This document shows, piece after piece, positions 16,851 to 28,200 of a DNA stretch of 64,000 nucleotides. The stretch spans positions 82,927 through 146,926 of the forward strand of contig JANNYF010000088.1 of assembly GCA_031409955.1 (NCBI GenBank), written 5' to 3'. Both the position numbers and the translations under genes were made by a program. Under the pieces are notes generated by a model. That model was not told the DNA's origin. It worked only from the letters and a program-made list of their open reading frames with translations, and did not search any database. Each line of letters opens with the position of its first letter. The stretch's first letter is position 1. The stretch comes from Blastocatellia bacterium. Lineage in GTDB: Bacteria; Acidobacteriota; Blastocatellia; RBC074.

Positions 16851-18242
16851 TTACTTGGCTTTCAGGTAGCGGCTGGCGAACGTCAGGAACGTCGGCCAAT
16901 TCGGCGCGGGCGTGTGACCCTCACTATGTTGCCGAAACGCTACATCGCCATCAATCAACGTCGTTTCGACGGGGGGGAATTCCATTGTCCCCATATCTTT
17001 TTTGCCGAGCAGCTTGTACACCGGCCCGGCGTGTGCGCCCGCCAGAAACATGCCTTTCGCATCAACCCAGCTATCGCCTTTGTCGCCGGAGCTAATAAAC
17101 ACAGGGCGCGGCGCACACAAGGCCACCAATTGGTGCGAATCCACTGGCAAGTCATTCGCCGTCAGCGGCCCTGCGTATTTCATGTAATTGCCCGCCATCC
17201 AGTGATACTCGCTCGGTGCGGCAACGTTTTCGATCATCTCGCCAAAATTATTGCGGCGATGCAGCTTGGCCCCACCTGCGCCGGAAGAACTCACGAAAGC
17301 GATAGCCAAACGCGGCTCATAAGCCATCGCGACAATCGTTGCTTTGCCGTAGCGGGAATGGCCTTCGATGGCGACCATTTTGGCATTCACGGCCTTGTCG
17401 GTCTCGAAGTAATCCAGCGCCCGGCTTGCGCCCCATCCCCACGCGCGCAATGAACCCCAATCATCCGGTTTGCGCGCCTGACCTTTGTTGACCAGGCCGA
17501 TGATGCCTTGCGTTAGACCGGCGCCATTGTCGGCCTGAATGCTGCCGGGAACCAGGCTGGCATAGCCCCAGCCTTGCGCCAGCACCTGTTGTTGCCACGG
17601 TGTTCCACCCTGACCCGCAGGAGCAGCGCCAGCCGCAGCGCCCGGACGCGGGCCACCGCCAAATCCGAATTCCATAATCACCGGCACAGGGCCTTTGGCA
17701 TTCGCCGGAGTGGTCAACGTCAATCGGATGTCTACGGTGACTTGCGGGTACGACGAATTGTCTACGTGACCGATGAGTTGTTTCGTGATGACAGGCGTGC
17801 CATAGCGTTCTTCATTGGTTACGGTGGCAACTTCCCAATTTACTTTGGGTGTGACTTTGGGCATGCGACCATAAATTTCGCGGTCAAAATCTTCGGCGAT
17901 CTCGGCGCGGCGTTGATTCCACCACAGCTTGGCGGACGTGACTTTCTTGCCGTTCTTGAGCATCAGCGGATCGGGCAAGGGCGGATAAGGAAGCACCTTC
18001 GCTTCATCGTAGTTGGCGGCATTCGGCGCTTGCGGATTGCTGCCGCTCGCGCCTTGTCGCAGCGCAGTGATTTTCAGCGCCGCCATCATCTTTTGATGAT
18101 CGGCTCTGGTGGCGGCCTGTTGCGCTTGTTGCTGCGCCTGTTGTTCAGGCGTGAGTTGCCTTTGCGGTTGCTGCGCGACCAGCACGGTGCCGGCCAATGC
18201 AATGAGCAATCCAACGGTAATGGTTAGTACGAACGACTTCAT
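16851..18242 (-). CDS. Glucuronoyl esterase-like (CE15) secreted alpha/beta hydrolase
   Basis: Signal peptide MKSFVLTITVGLLIALA. Nucleophile motif GHSRYGK (GCSRxG-like). Gln/Ala-rich linker after the signal peptide. Confidence 0.65.
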   Translation of the reverse strand: MKSFVLTITVGLLIALAGTVLVAQQPQRQLTPEQQAQQQAQQAATRADHQKMMAALKITALRQGASGSNPQAPNAANYDEAKVLPYPPLPDPLMLKNGKKVTSAKLWWNQRRAEIAEDFDREIYGRMPKVTPKVNWEVATVTNEERYGTPVITKQLIGHVDNSSYPQVTVDIRLTLTTPANAKGPVPVIMEFGFGGGPRPGAAAGAAPAGQGGTPWQQQVLAQGWGYASLVPGSIQADNGAGLTQGIIGLVNKGQARKPDDWGSLRAWGWGASRALDYFETDKAVNAKMVAIEGHSRYGKATIVAMAYEPRLAIAFVSSSGAGGAKLHRRNNFGEMIENVAAPSEYHWMAGNYMKYAGPLTANDLPVDSHQLVALCAPRPVFISSGDKGDSWVDAKGMFLAGAHAGPVYKLLGKKDMGTMEFPPVETTLIDGDVAFRQHSEGHTPAPNWPTFLTFASRYLKAK

Positions 18243-18452
18243 GGGAAAACTCCTTGTGGTGATTACTTGGCGACAACTTCGAGCTTCGCCTTCTGGTGTT
18301 TGACCGAACTCGCACCGACTATAACGTCGAACGCGCCCGGCTCTACGATGCAATGCATATTCACATCCAAAAACGAAAGTTTGTCCGGTGTGATTACAAA
18401 AACAATTGGTTTACTTTTTCATCGCCCGCGCGTGTTCCTATACGGTCTATGC

Positions 18453-18935
18453 TTACGAATCAGGCATCCGCGAAGAGTGATGATCCACAATCATCCATTT
18501 CCCGCCGCGCTTGCGAAACACAAACGTAAACCGCGCAGGCGTCGTTGTTGTCTTGCCGTCGCGCACCTCTGAAAACGAGTAGTAGCCCGAATTGATCGCC
18601 AGTTCACCAAAGATGCGAATGTGTTGCTCGCCCAATGTACAGCGCACGGTCGGACGTTGTGGAGCCGTTTTGAAATACTCCGCGACAGTCGCCGGAGTCG
18701 CGCGGATCGTCTTGGCGGTCGTGCCCCAGAACACGGCTTCTGCGTCATACAACGCCGTGATGCGCGCAGGCTCACGACTGTTCAGCGCCGCGACCCAAGC
18801 TGCGGTGGTTGCTGCGACTTCTTCTTTCGCTGACGATTTGCGGCGCGCAGCTTCTGTGCTTGAGAGCAACAGAGCAAGTACAAACAAGCTGCCGATGAAA
18901 ATCTTTTGGCGGTTGATAAAGAATGCGTTTCTCAT
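18453..18935 (-). CDS. Secreted SnoaL-like/NTF2-fold (DUF4440-like) protein
   Basis: Signal peptide, then WVAALNSREPARITALYDAEAVFWGT..., which is typical of the SnoaL_3/DUF4440 pattern. Lower-GC codon usage. Confidence 0.55.
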   Translation of the reverse strand: MRNAFFINRQKIFIGSLFVLALLLSSTEAARRKSSAKEEVAATTAAWVAALNSREPARITALYDAEAVFWGTTAKTIRATPATVAEYFKTAPQRPTVRCTLGEQHIRIFGELAINSGYYSFSEVRDGKTTTTPARFTFVFRKRGGKWMIVDHHSSRMPDS

Positions 18936-19471
18936 AGCAAATGTGCAGTGCGCTTCGATTCAAACGAGAAGACGTGCCAGCCTTCGCCATTCTTTTGGAA
19001 AGGAGTTGGATGAATGGTTTGGCTAAGGAACTCATCAATTGCGCGCCCCCAGAACTCCTTCGCCTTTTGATTCCGATCTATCACGCGCACTTCCCATTTC
19101 CCCGGAAACTGTTTCCAAACCTCGTGCGCCACTTTCATTCCAACTCCGCGCCTACGATAACCGCGAACAACAAAGAATTCTGTCATATCCCAAATATCCT
19201 CATCCCCTGAGATTTGCGATCCTTTCTGCAAGAAAACAAAACCCGCTAAATGACCATTAACCTGAATGAGAAATGGATAGCGACTGGCTTCTTTCCAGTA
19301 TAAGGGAAGGTGCTTGTAGCCGAAGCGGCCATCCGCGCCAAGTTCCAGATCCATGAATGCGCTGAAATCATGCGCATATAACTCAAGCAGGTTAGCCAAA
19401 ACCGGCTCTTGTTCTGGCAACGATGGGATAATTTCAAAATTCACGGGTGAAGTTGATTGAGAGATTATCAT
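18932..19471 (-). CDS. GNAT-family N-acetyltransferase
   Basis: Acetyl-CoA-binding motif VVRGYRRRGVGMKVAHEV. GC is ~47%, against ~62% for the surrounding DNA. ATGA overlap with the downstream gene. Confidence 0.75.
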   Translation of the reverse strand: MIISQSTSPVNFEIIPSLPEQEPVLANLLELYAHDFSAFMDLELGADGRFGYKHLPLYWKEASRYPFLIQVNGHLAGFVFLQKGSQISGDEDIWDMTEFFVVRGYRRRGVGMKVAHEVWKQFPGKWEVRVIDRNQKAKEFWGRAIDEFLSQTIHPTPFQKNGEGWHVFSFESKRTAHLL

Positions 19472-19501
19472 GTGAACATTATCAGTTGGTTACTAGCATA
19501 A

Positions 19502-21004
19502 CTACTTCATATCCGTATTACTGACGAAGGCAATCTTCTTGCTGTCCGGTGACCATGACGGAACATTGATTGTGCCTTGCCCGCCGTAGAGATACGCAAT
19601 TACCTTGGGCGCACCGCCACTAATCGGCAGCAAGCGCAAATACACATGTTTGTAAAACGGATGATCGCCCGGCGCGATGTCTTTCGGGAACGAGATGATC
19701 ATGATCCATTTGCCATCGGGCGAGATGTGCGGAAACCAGTTGTTGAATTCGTCGTTGGTGATCTGCGTTTGCTCGCTGCCATCGGGCTTCATGCGCCAGA
19801 TTTGCATCAGGCCGGTGCGAAACGAATTGAAGTAAATGTATTTGCCGTCGGGCGTGTATTCCGGCCCATCGTCTACGCCTTTCGTCGTCGTCAATTGCAC
19901 TTCGTCGCCGCCTTGGGCCGGGATTTTGAAGATGTCGAATTCGTCATTGCGGCGGCCTGCAAAGACCAGAAACTTTTTGTCCGGCGACCAGCCGTGCAAG
20001 TACGACGGGCCTTTCTTTGTTACCTTTGTCGGCTTACCACCTTTGCTCGGCAGCGTGTAAATCATCGAGACATTGCCGTCTTCTGCGCTCGAACTGCTGA
20101 TGCCAAGCAGCTTGCCATCGAAGGTCAGAACGTGATCGTTGTTGTTGCGCTTCACGTCGCCCGTATCAAATACCGCTGGCGTGTTCGTCGCCAAATCAAA
20201 GCGATAGAGCAAACCATTGTGGTTGTAGATCAGCGCCTTGCCATCCCGCGTCCAGTTGGGTGCTTGCAGTGAATCTTTGACGCGATACAGCACCTTGCGC
20301 GTGTTCGTGGCCAAATCCATGACTTCGAGATTGCTGCCGATGTATTCGCGGTACGGCACAAAGTTTTCTCTGACCGGGATCGTGATTTCGACATCCCGAA
20401 ACACAGCGGTTTCGACAACGGTGTTGTTGTGCGAGCAGACATACAAACCCGCATACACGTCATCGCCGAGCGGAATATCGGTGACTTCCTTGGTGATGAA
20501 CGCCTCGCCGAATTTGGCGACGGACATGATGTACTTGTTGCCGCGCCGTTCGAGTTGGACGACATCGAAGTTTTTTTCAGTGAACGCGACCTGTTCCGTG
20601 ACCGCACCTTTCGTGCGCCGAAACTGCAACGAAGTCAGGCCATCGCCGTGCAAACTGGCGTTGACGTGCGGCCCATCAGTATCCAGATTCGGGCGAATGA
20701 TCCAACCGATTTTGCGATGCGGATCAACGCCTTTGCCGATGAATTCCGTGCGGGCACGCAGAATGAAATTGCCCTTCATCCGCTTCCACGCGAAGTGAAA
20801 CTCATCTTTGGTCGCCCACATATTCGTGCCCGAAGCCTTGATCGTATAGGTTTGCTGCGTGGCGTCATATCCCACCGAACCAGCCGTAGCGACCGCGCCG
20901 ACATCTTGATGATGCTCAAATTGCCCGACGGGTGTTTGGGCATAAGTGAAAGTGGAGAAAGTTGCTGCGAGCAGCATAGAAGTTGCGAAGGATTTTAGAA
21001 ACAT
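19502..21004 (-). CDS. Secreted TolB-like WD40/PD40 beta-propeller protein
   Basis: Signal peptide MFLKSFATSMLLAATFSTFTYAQ. PD40 repeats are WSPDKKFLVF, YTPDGKYIYFNS, ISPDGKWIMI and WSPDSKKIAFVS. Confidence 0.7.
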   Translation of the reverse strand: MFLKSFATSMLLAATFSTFTYAQTPVGQFEHHQDVGAVATAGSVGYDATQQTYTIKASGTNMWATKDEFHFAWKRMKGNFILRARTEFIGKGVDPHRKIGWIIRPNLDTDGPHVNASLHGDGLTSLQFRRTKGAVTEQVAFTEKNFDVVQLERRGNKYIMSVAKFGEAFITKEVTDIPLGDDVYAGLYVCSHNNTVVETAVFRDVEITIPVRENFVPYREYIGSNLEVMDLATNTRKVLYRVKDSLQAPNWTRDGKALIYNHNGLLYRFDLATNTPAVFDTGDVKRNNNDHVLTFDGKLLGISSSSAEDGNVSMIYTLPSKGGKPTKVTKKGPSYLHGWSPDKKFLVFAGRRNDEFDIFKIPAQGGDEVQLTTTKGVDDGPEYTPDGKYIYFNSFRTGLMQIWRMKPDGSEQTQITNDEFNNWFPHISPDGKWIMIISFPKDIAPGDHPFYKHVYLRLLPISGGAPKVIAYLYGGQGTINVPSWSPDSKKIAFVSNTDMK

Positions 21005-21034
21005 AAGTTGATCCAATTTAGAGGATTGATTTAT

Positions 21035-21168
21035 CCACGAAGTCACAATCACGAAGATTTTTGACAGGATTGACAGGATTTTCAAGATTTAACTGAATCG
21101 CAAAACATCCTGTTCATCTTGTCAATCTTGTCTGATTCTTCTTCGTGCCTTTTCGTGTGCCTTCGTGG
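21035..21168. repeat. Nested hairpin whose arms are tandem short repeats: outer CACGAAG x2 / CTTCGTG x3, inner GACAGGATT x2 / AATCCTGTC-like
   Basis: ccacgaagtcacaatcacgaag...ttgacaggattgacaggatttt...aaaacatcctgttcatcttgtcaatcttgtc...cttcgtgccttttcgtgtgccttcgtgg. Confidence 0.6.
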
Positions 21169-21176
21169 ATGAGATG

Positions 21177-22421
21177 TTAATACTCAATCTCAGGCCGTCG
21201 CGCATCGTGCGGATCAGCCCAGCGATTGTTCGGCACAGTCGGCGTCCAGCCCGGTCGCAGCGGGTCTTGATCGTAGGGGTAGCCGCCTAGCCGTTTGTAG
21301 AGTTCGCTGTATTCGCCCAACTTCTCGCGGTCAAGTTTTACGCCCAAGCCCGGCGCAGTCGGCACAGCTATCGAACCGTCTTCATACTTCAATTTACCGC
21401 CCACAATGATGTCATCTACCACGTGGTGATAATGCGCGTCGGCAGCGAAGGAAAGATTCGGAATGACCGCGCCGAAATGCAGCATCGTTGCCAATTGAAT
21501 CCCAAGCTCACCCGATGAATGCACAGCGACACCAAGCTGAAACGTCTCGCAAATGCCCGCCGCTTTCACACACGAACGAATGCCGCCCCAGAACGTCGTA
21601 TCCAGCAAAATCACGTCTACCGCCGTGTTCAGAATATTCGCCGCCAGTTGCTCAAAATTGACTACGACGGTGTTCGTTGCCAGCGGCATTCGCACCTTCT
21701 CGCGCACGCGCCGCATGCCGTGCAAACCGAACACGGGGTCTTCCAAATAGTCGTTGCGAATGTCTTCGATTTGCTGCCCAAACCAGATGGCAGTTTCAGT
21801 TGACCAAGCACCATTCGGATCAAAGCGGAAGCGGTCGCCTTTCAGTGCTTCGGCTACGGCGCGGTAGCATTCCAATTCGTATTCCGGCGCAAACACGCCG
21901 CCCTTCAATTTGTGCGAGGTGAAGCCATATTTCGCTTTCAAATCTTTTGCGAGCGCGACCAATTGCTCCGCCGTGCGTGATTCGCCGCTGCCATCTTTCG
22001 GATTCGGGTAGCGAAAAAACAGGTACGATGCGAACGGTACGCGATCATTCAATCGTCCGCCCAGAATGTCGCACACCGGCACGCCCCACTTCTGCCCCAG
22101 AATATCGAGGCAAGCGAATTCGAGCGCGGCCAGCACCTGCGTGCGATTGTTGTACAGCGATGCCGTTGGGTTGGCGATCAGAAAGCGCATCTCTTCCAGC
22201 CGCGCCGGATCGTGTCCGACCAGATAGCTTTTCATCGCGCGAAACACCGCTTCCGCCGATTCGCCGCCGCCACCCATTTCGCCGAGGCCAGTAATGCCTT
22301 CATCGGTTTCGACTTCGACGATAGTGCGCACGAAACGTCCCCAATGACAGCCGTTCGCATGGCGCAGCGGCGCTTCCAACGGAACCGTGACAGTCGTAGC
22401 TTTGATGTCGGTAATTTTCAT
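21177..22421 (-). CDS. Enolase-superfamily sugar-acid dehydratase (mandelate racemase/muconate lactonizing family; glucarate/galactarate-dehydratase-like)
   Basis: MR/MLE N-terminal and TIM-barrel domains. Metal-ligand region FDPNGAWS; general fold pattern. 4-nt overlap with the downstream GNAT gene. Confidence 0.75.
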   Translation of the reverse strand: MKITDIKATTVTVPLEAPLRHANGCHWGRFVRTIVEVETDEGITGLGEMGGGGESAEAVFRAMKSYLVGHDPARLEEMRFLIANPTASLYNNRTQVLAALEFACLDILGQKWGVPVCDILGGRLNDRVPFASYLFFRYPNPKDGSGESRTAEQLVALAKDLKAKYGFTSHKLKGGVFAPEYELECYRAVAEALKGDRFRFDPNGAWSTETAIWFGQQIEDIRNDYLEDPVFGLHGMRRVREKVRMPLATNTVVVNFEQLAANILNTAVDVILLDTTFWGGIRSCVKAAGICETFQLGVAVHSSGELGIQLATMLHFGAVIPNLSFAADAHYHHVVDDIIVGGKLKYEDGSIAVPTAPGLGVKLDREKLGEYSELYKRLGGYPYDQDPLRPGWTPTVPNNRWADPHDARRPEIEY

Positions 22422-22933
22422 GGATGATTCGTGATGGTCTTGGCGAAACAAATACTCAGCGGGGAACCCACATATTCGCCATAAGTTGGAATTTCGGTGA
22501 ATCCAGCCTGCCGATAAAGACCAAGCGCCTCCTGCTGGCGAATACCTGTTTCCAGGAGTAAGCGATTGAGTCCGAGTGCCTGTGCCTCAACTTCCAACGC
22601 TTGTAGCAACGCGCGTCCTACGCCCAGGCCGCGCGCAGCAGGCGCGACATACATGCGCTTGAGTTCGCCGCTTCGTTCTCCAATGCGCCGCACCGCTCCA
22701 CATCCGATAGGCTCGTCATCTCGCAGCGCAATCAGGAACGCGCCATTTCCTTCGGCGACTTCGTGTGGATCAAGCCGAAAATAGTTCGCGCCTTCTTCGG
22801 GATAGCGGCGTGCGAGTTCAGCATTGAGCGCGGCAATCAATTCTTGCGCAAAGGGCGAGAGGAGGTCGCAACGTCGAATGATGACACCGTTGTCGTGTGC
22901 TTCTTTGTTCACCATCTTTTCAGGCATTACCAC
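22418..22933 (-). CDS. GNAT-family N-acetyltransferase
   Basis: Motif [22 protein letters not shown]. Small (171 aa), coupled within the operon. Confidence 0.75.
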   Translation of the reverse strand: MVMPEKMVNKEAHDNGVIIRRCDLLSPFAQELIAALNAELARRYPEEGANYFRLDPHEVAEGNGAFLIALRDDEPIGCGAVRRIGERSGELKRMYVAPAARGLGVGRALLQALEVEAQALGLNRLLLETGIRQQEALGLYRQAGFTEIPTYGEYVGSPLSICFAKTITNHP

Positions 22934-25053
22934 GTCAGGCTTTTTGCTTTGTATTCATCCAGCGTCTTGGCTGGCTTCTCAACACCCGCAGGCAATGGGC
23001 GTTTGGAGAAGGTCTGAAAATACAACAGACACGCATCCCGCCAATGAATCGCGTCGCGTTCCTGAAGCTCTAATTTCTTGGCGACTGCGGCGTGACGTTC
23101 GGCATCAATCACGTTGGACAATGAATCCCACTGTTTGCGTGCCGCCCGCGTCCATTCGACGCCGCGTTGATAATGCAGCGCCAATTCATCCCACATCGTT
23201 TTCCCGGAACGCATTTGATGATCCCACCGGACGTGATGAAACCAGACCAGCAGGTTTTCCGGGCAAGTCTTCAAATCCGCGAAACGGTCGCGCACAGGTT
23301 GATGATATTGATTGACCGAATTACTGCCGCTTTTCGTGCGATCAAAGCCTAAGCCTTTTTCATCGGCGCGATGAAAGTACGGCGGGTTCCAATCTTCACG
23401 GCCTTCGCGGTTCCACCACGGCGCGGGGCCGTAATGATGCCCGCCCCACATAATGTGATTCAGCCCCAACGGCGTCATGTAATCCACCACTGCTTCGTGC
23501 GATTCAAGCATCAGTTGCGCCATCGCAGTCGCAGCTTTTGCGTCATTCGTAAACGTCATCCGCACCCATTCATCGGCAATCTGTTTAGAACTCAAATCAG
23601 GATTCCAGGCTAAGCGACCGAACGCGTACCAGTTGGATTGCGTCACGTCATGCCCTGTCCAATTGCGGTCGGTGCCGGTGTTGGCTACGCCTGCGATGCC
23701 GGTCAGTTTTTGTTTGTACAAACTGCCATCAGTCACTTTCGTCACGGTTGAGCCTTTGCCTTGCGCGTACGTGTCGGCGTCCAACACCTCGCGCCACATT
23801 GGGGCGAGAAAGACGAGGTGATTCGATTGCCCAAGATATTCCTGCGTGATTTGAAATTCGGGAATCACTTGTGTTTTCGGCATCCCGCCAAACAGCGGAT
23901 GAAACGGTTCGCGCGGTTGAAAATCAATCGGGCCGTTTTTGACTTGCAACAACACGTTCGTGGCGAACTTTCCATCGAAGGGTTGCAGGTTGTCATACGC
24001 CGCCGCCGCGCGGTCGTAGCCGGGTTTCACGTCGTACACGAATGCACGCCAGATGACGATGCCGTGGTGCGGCGCGACGGCGGCGGCCAGCATGTTTGCG
24101 CCATCGGTGTGATTGCGATTGTAGGTGCGCGGCCCCGGCTGGCCTTCGCTGTTGGCTTTGACCAGAAAGCCGCCGAAGTTGGGGATGAGTTGATAAATTT
24201 CGTCGGCCTTCTGTTTCCACCACGCAGCAACGGCAGGATCGAATGGGTCAGCCGTCTTCAATCCACCTAACTCAATCGGCGCGGAGAAACGCGCGGACAA
24301 AAACACCCGCACGCCGTAAGGTCGAAACACATCAGCGATGGCGGCAGCTTTGCGCAAATAAGCTGCACTCAGGCTTTGTGAATTGGCATTGACGTTGTTT
24401 AGCGCGGTGGCGTTGATGCCGATGGAAGCGTTGATGCGGGCGTAATCGCGCAAACGCGGATCAATCTTGTCCGGCAGCGCGTTCCAATCCCACAATGAAC
24501 GTCCCGCGTAGCCGCGCTCAATCGTGCCGTTGAGGTTGTCCCAATGATTCAGCATGCGCACTTGCAAACGCGGTTTTTGGCTGATGTTGAGATTGGTCAA
24601 CGGTTGTCCTGTTTGCAACAAGCGCAAAAAATGAAACGCGCCGTACAGCGCCCCGACTTCGCTTTCAGACGCGATGACGGTTGCCGCCCGCCCATTGATT
24701 TTCAGCGCACGAATGACAAAGCCTTCAGCGCCGAGCGGAGCTAGATTGAGGTTGAGATTGGCGATCAGCGCTGAACTTTTGGGCGTACCAACTAACACCG
24801 CGCCATCACGCTCTATCGTTTCACGGAGCGGAATCGTTGTGTTGAGTAAACCCGAACAACCAGTCGCCAGTTCCGTGCGAATTGCGTCGAGCGTGGCGGA
24901 ATTGCCGGGCGCTACGATGGCCGTGACGCGTGGTTGCGCCGTGCGCAGTAAATGCGCGGGGAGCGGTTGGTAGCGGAGCCAAACGTCGTATCCGGTTTCT
25001 GCTCCAACAGGGAGAGCGAATAGCAAAGTAAGGAGAAGAAGATTCCGTAGCAT
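22927..25053 (-). CDS. aguA: Xylan alpha-1,2-glucuronidase, glycoside hydrolase family 67 (AguA-like)
   Basis: 708 aa with signal peptide and GH67 three-domain organisation. Conserved stretches include [22 protein letters not shown] and [13 protein letters not shown]. Confidence 0.8.
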   Translation of the reverse strand: MLRNLLLLTLLFALPVGAETGYDVWLRYQPLPAHLLRTAQPRVTAIVAPGNSATLDAIRTELATGCSGLLNTTIPLRETIERDGAVLVGTPKSSALIANLNLNLAPLGAEGFVIRALKINGRAATVIASESEVGALYGAFHFLRLLQTGQPLTNLNISQKPRLQVRMLNHWDNLNGTIERGYAGRSLWDWNALPDKIDPRLRDYARINASIGINATALNNVNANSQSLSAAYLRKAAAIADVFRPYGVRVFLSARFSAPIELGGLKTADPFDPAVAAWWKQKADEIYQLIPNFGGFLVKANSEGQPGPRTYNRNHTDGANMLAAAVAPHHGIVIWRAFVYDVKPGYDRAAAAYDNLQPFDGKFATNVLLQVKNGPIDFQPREPFHPLFGGMPKTQVIPEFQITQEYLGQSNHLVFLAPMWREVLDADTYAQGKGSTVTKVTDGSLYKQKLTGIAGVANTGTDRNWTGHDVTQSNWYAFGRLAWNPDLSSKQIADEWVRMTFTNDAKAATAMAQLMLESHEAVVDYMTPLGLNHIMWGGHHYGPAPWWNREGREDWNPPYFHRADEKGLGFDRTKSGSNSVNQYHQPVRDRFADLKTCPENLLVWFHHVRWDHQMRSGKTMWDELALHYQRGVEWTRAARKQWDSLSNVIDAERHAAVAKKLELQERDAIHWRDACLLYFQTFSKRPLPAGVEKPAKTLDEYKAKSLTW

Positions 25054-25274
25054 TAGGCAACGACTCCAAAAGGAAAAATGCGCTGAGAGGCGTTCTGGGC
25101 GCGACTCTCAGCGCTGCGCTCAAAGAGGTACTGCCAGTAAAATAAACTTTAATGGCGGGGAGCGCTAAAGTAAGTCGAGAGAGGTCTGGGGAAGTTTTGC
25201 GAAGTCTCGGCAAGTCGGAAAAGCGCGCATGACGCAGTGCTTATCCAAGCTTGCCAGGACTTTCCCAGACTTGC

Positions 25275-28200
25275 TTAGAACGTAAACCGCATCATGAATT
25301 GAATCCAACGCGGCGTATTACCTTGCGCCGTCACCTTGCCAAAATTGGCGCTGGTGATGTCGGTGTTTGGGCCTTGATACGTTACGTGATTCAGCGCATT
25401 GATGAAGTCCACGCGGAACTGCATTTTCAGCCCTTCCGTGATGGCGAAGTTCCGCGCGAGGTTCATATCCACCTGGTTCATGTTCGACGTGCGTAACCAG
25501 CTCAAGACGCTGGGGAAGACACGTTTGTGGAAGCTGTTCGGTTGGAAATTCACGGGTGTCACATTTTCAAAGGTGCAAGCCACGTTGTTTCCTGAACCAC
25601 AAATGTTACCCATCGCGGTTAATACCGCTTGCGGCACTAACGAACGAATGCGAGTTTCATAGGCAGCGCGATTCGACGCCGTGTAATCACGCGCCGCACC
25701 GGGCAACAATTGCCAATTGAACCAGGCATCGGTTGTCCGTTCGTCGCGTGATTTCGTGAAGGCTCGCAGGTCATTGCCGTAATAGAACCAATTCCCCACT
25801 CCAAAGGCCGGGCCACTTTGCAGGTGATAGATCGAACTAACCTGCCAACCACCGACAACGGCATTGGCAATCTTCGAACCTGACAGGAACTTCTTGCCTT
25901 TGCCAAACGGCAGTTCATACAAAGCATTGAACATGAAGTGATAGGGACGCGAGTTGTTGCTCTCTGTCCAAAGAGGAGTTGTATCGTATTCGTTTTGGAA
26001 TCCGGTGGCCTGTTGATTCCAGGTGCGGATGAGCGAGACCGAATACATCATGCCATTGGAAAAACGCTTGTTCAGCGTCAGTTCCAAATCGTGATAACGA
26101 CTTTTACCCAAAGGCGCACGCGAATTGGTGGAGCCGTTCAGATGCCCATTAGGACGAAGCAACGAAGACCTGGCTCTGGTTGCGCCCGTGAAGAAACCAT
26201 TGCCGTTCATATCCTGATACAACAACGGATTCGAGGTCTGCAACGAAGCGAAATTCGTAATGCGGAACGGATTCGCCACGTTTCCATTTAAGTAATTCGC
26301 AATCGTGTTATTGCGATATTGTCCTGAAGCCCAATACTGCTCTGGCAACGGATCAAGCCGTTGACCGATGGAAATACGATCTGAAGACGAACCGAGATAG
26401 GCGAACTCTAAGACCATGCTCTTCGACAATTCGCGCTGCACGCTGAAGCGCCACCGTTGTTGCCGCGCATGCTTCCAATCGCTCGGAATATAAGCGATGC
26501 CGCGCCCCACACCCGCCATCACGCCCAGTGCATTGCCGACGGGTTGCAGAAAGCGTTGACCATTGGCTTGAACCGGGAATGGGTCGGAGAAGATGGTCGT
26601 GCAGGCAGACGCGCTGGCGCGACAAGCCGCAGAGGTGAGATTGGAAGAAGTGAACGTCAGCCCGTTATCATTGGATACATTTGTCGCTGTGGTGCGGCTG
26701 TAGCCCAATTGATTCAGGTCGTTATTCAAAACGTTATTGGTATCGAAGAAAATTCCGTACCCGCCACGCACCACTGTTTTATCGTTGATTGAGTAAACCG
26801 CGCCGATACGTGGCAACCACAGGTTTTCACTCAGATGCGAACCATTTTCGTTAAGGTAGAGTGAACCACCTTTGACGGCAAACTGACTCGCGGGCAGTTC
26901 CGGCAAAGCGATGGCGGCATACGCCGCCTGAGCACCAGCCTCGATGGGCAAGGAGGCAGTCCGATCTAAGCCAACAATGGCGCGGTTATAGCGTTCTTTG
27001 AAGCCGCCTTCGCGCTCCATGCGCAAGCCCAGATTGACCGTGAATTTCGACGTCACGCGCCAGTCATCCTGCACATAAAATCCATAGTACGGATTGGTCA
27101 GATAATAACTGTCATTTTTAGTAACGCTGACCGAACCGCCGGGCGCACCCAGCAGGAAAGAAGCCCATTCCAGGCCGAGCAACCCAACCCCGTTGGTCGT
27201 TGTGGTGTTTGTCTGGCGCAGATACGTGTTGCGTGGTTGAATCACGCCGGAGGTGTTGCCGGGGTTATTAAATTGACGGTAATGTTGCCGCAAATCATAA
27301 CCAAAGCGCGTGCTGTGATTCTTGAAAATCTTCGTCAATTCGCCGCGCACGGTGCCAATGCTGTAACGGGTTGGCGTCGAGAACGTGCGACTGAAATCTG
27401 AGTTCGAATTATCACTGAAATCAAGCACTGGCAAATGCTTGGCATCGCCTGCGAAGGCCGTTAAATAGCTCGGCAGTCCGACCGAATCCGGCCCAAAGCT
27501 TTGTTGCACTGCGTTCTGGGTGTTGCCATCACGATAGCGATTCCAGGCGATTGAATTGTTCAGAATCGTGGTGGAATTGATCGTGTAAACGTGATCTACC
27601 ACGACGGCGATATTGTTACGGTTCAGACCGTTTTGATGTAAGCCACGCGCGGTTTCATACGTCCAGTCGGCGCGGTCTTCGAGAAAGTTTTGATAGCTCC
27701 ATTTCCCGAACACGCGATGCTTCTGCGAGGCCACCCAGTCAATGCGATTGCCGTAGTTTTCAAAATCCCAATTGAAGGGCGTCGCCGCGGCCAGATAGTT
27801 GTTCAGACCATCCGTTCCGACTACGCCCGGCACATTGTTGGGTTGCGGGATCAGTTTCAAATATGCCGCCGCCATCGGGTTGATGATCGGCACTTGATTG
27901 TTGACGAAGGGATCGCGGACAACGCAGGTATTGCCTGCGCCGCACACGCCACCGGTCACGTTGCGTGCTGTCCGTGGATCGTAAATCTGATAGCGCACCG
28001 GATCAATCGCGAGTAGTTCGGAGAAATCACCGGCCCGCTGTTTGACCGTCGGCACCGTGAAGCGAACCGCTAACGGCTCTTCGGTCTTGACCTCTTTCAG
28101 CCCGTTGTAGCTGAAGAAAAAGAAGAGCCGATCCTTACCGTTGTACAACCACGGCACGCGCACCGGCCCGCCTACAACGCCCGCATAGTTGTTCGAGCGG

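Noticed and set aside
18932-19471. GNAT + small partner as a toxin-antitoxin pair
   Set aside because: The adjacent 160-aa protein has a signal peptide and an NTF2/SnoaL-like fold, not an RHH or DUF1778 antitoxin. No TA-like architecture.
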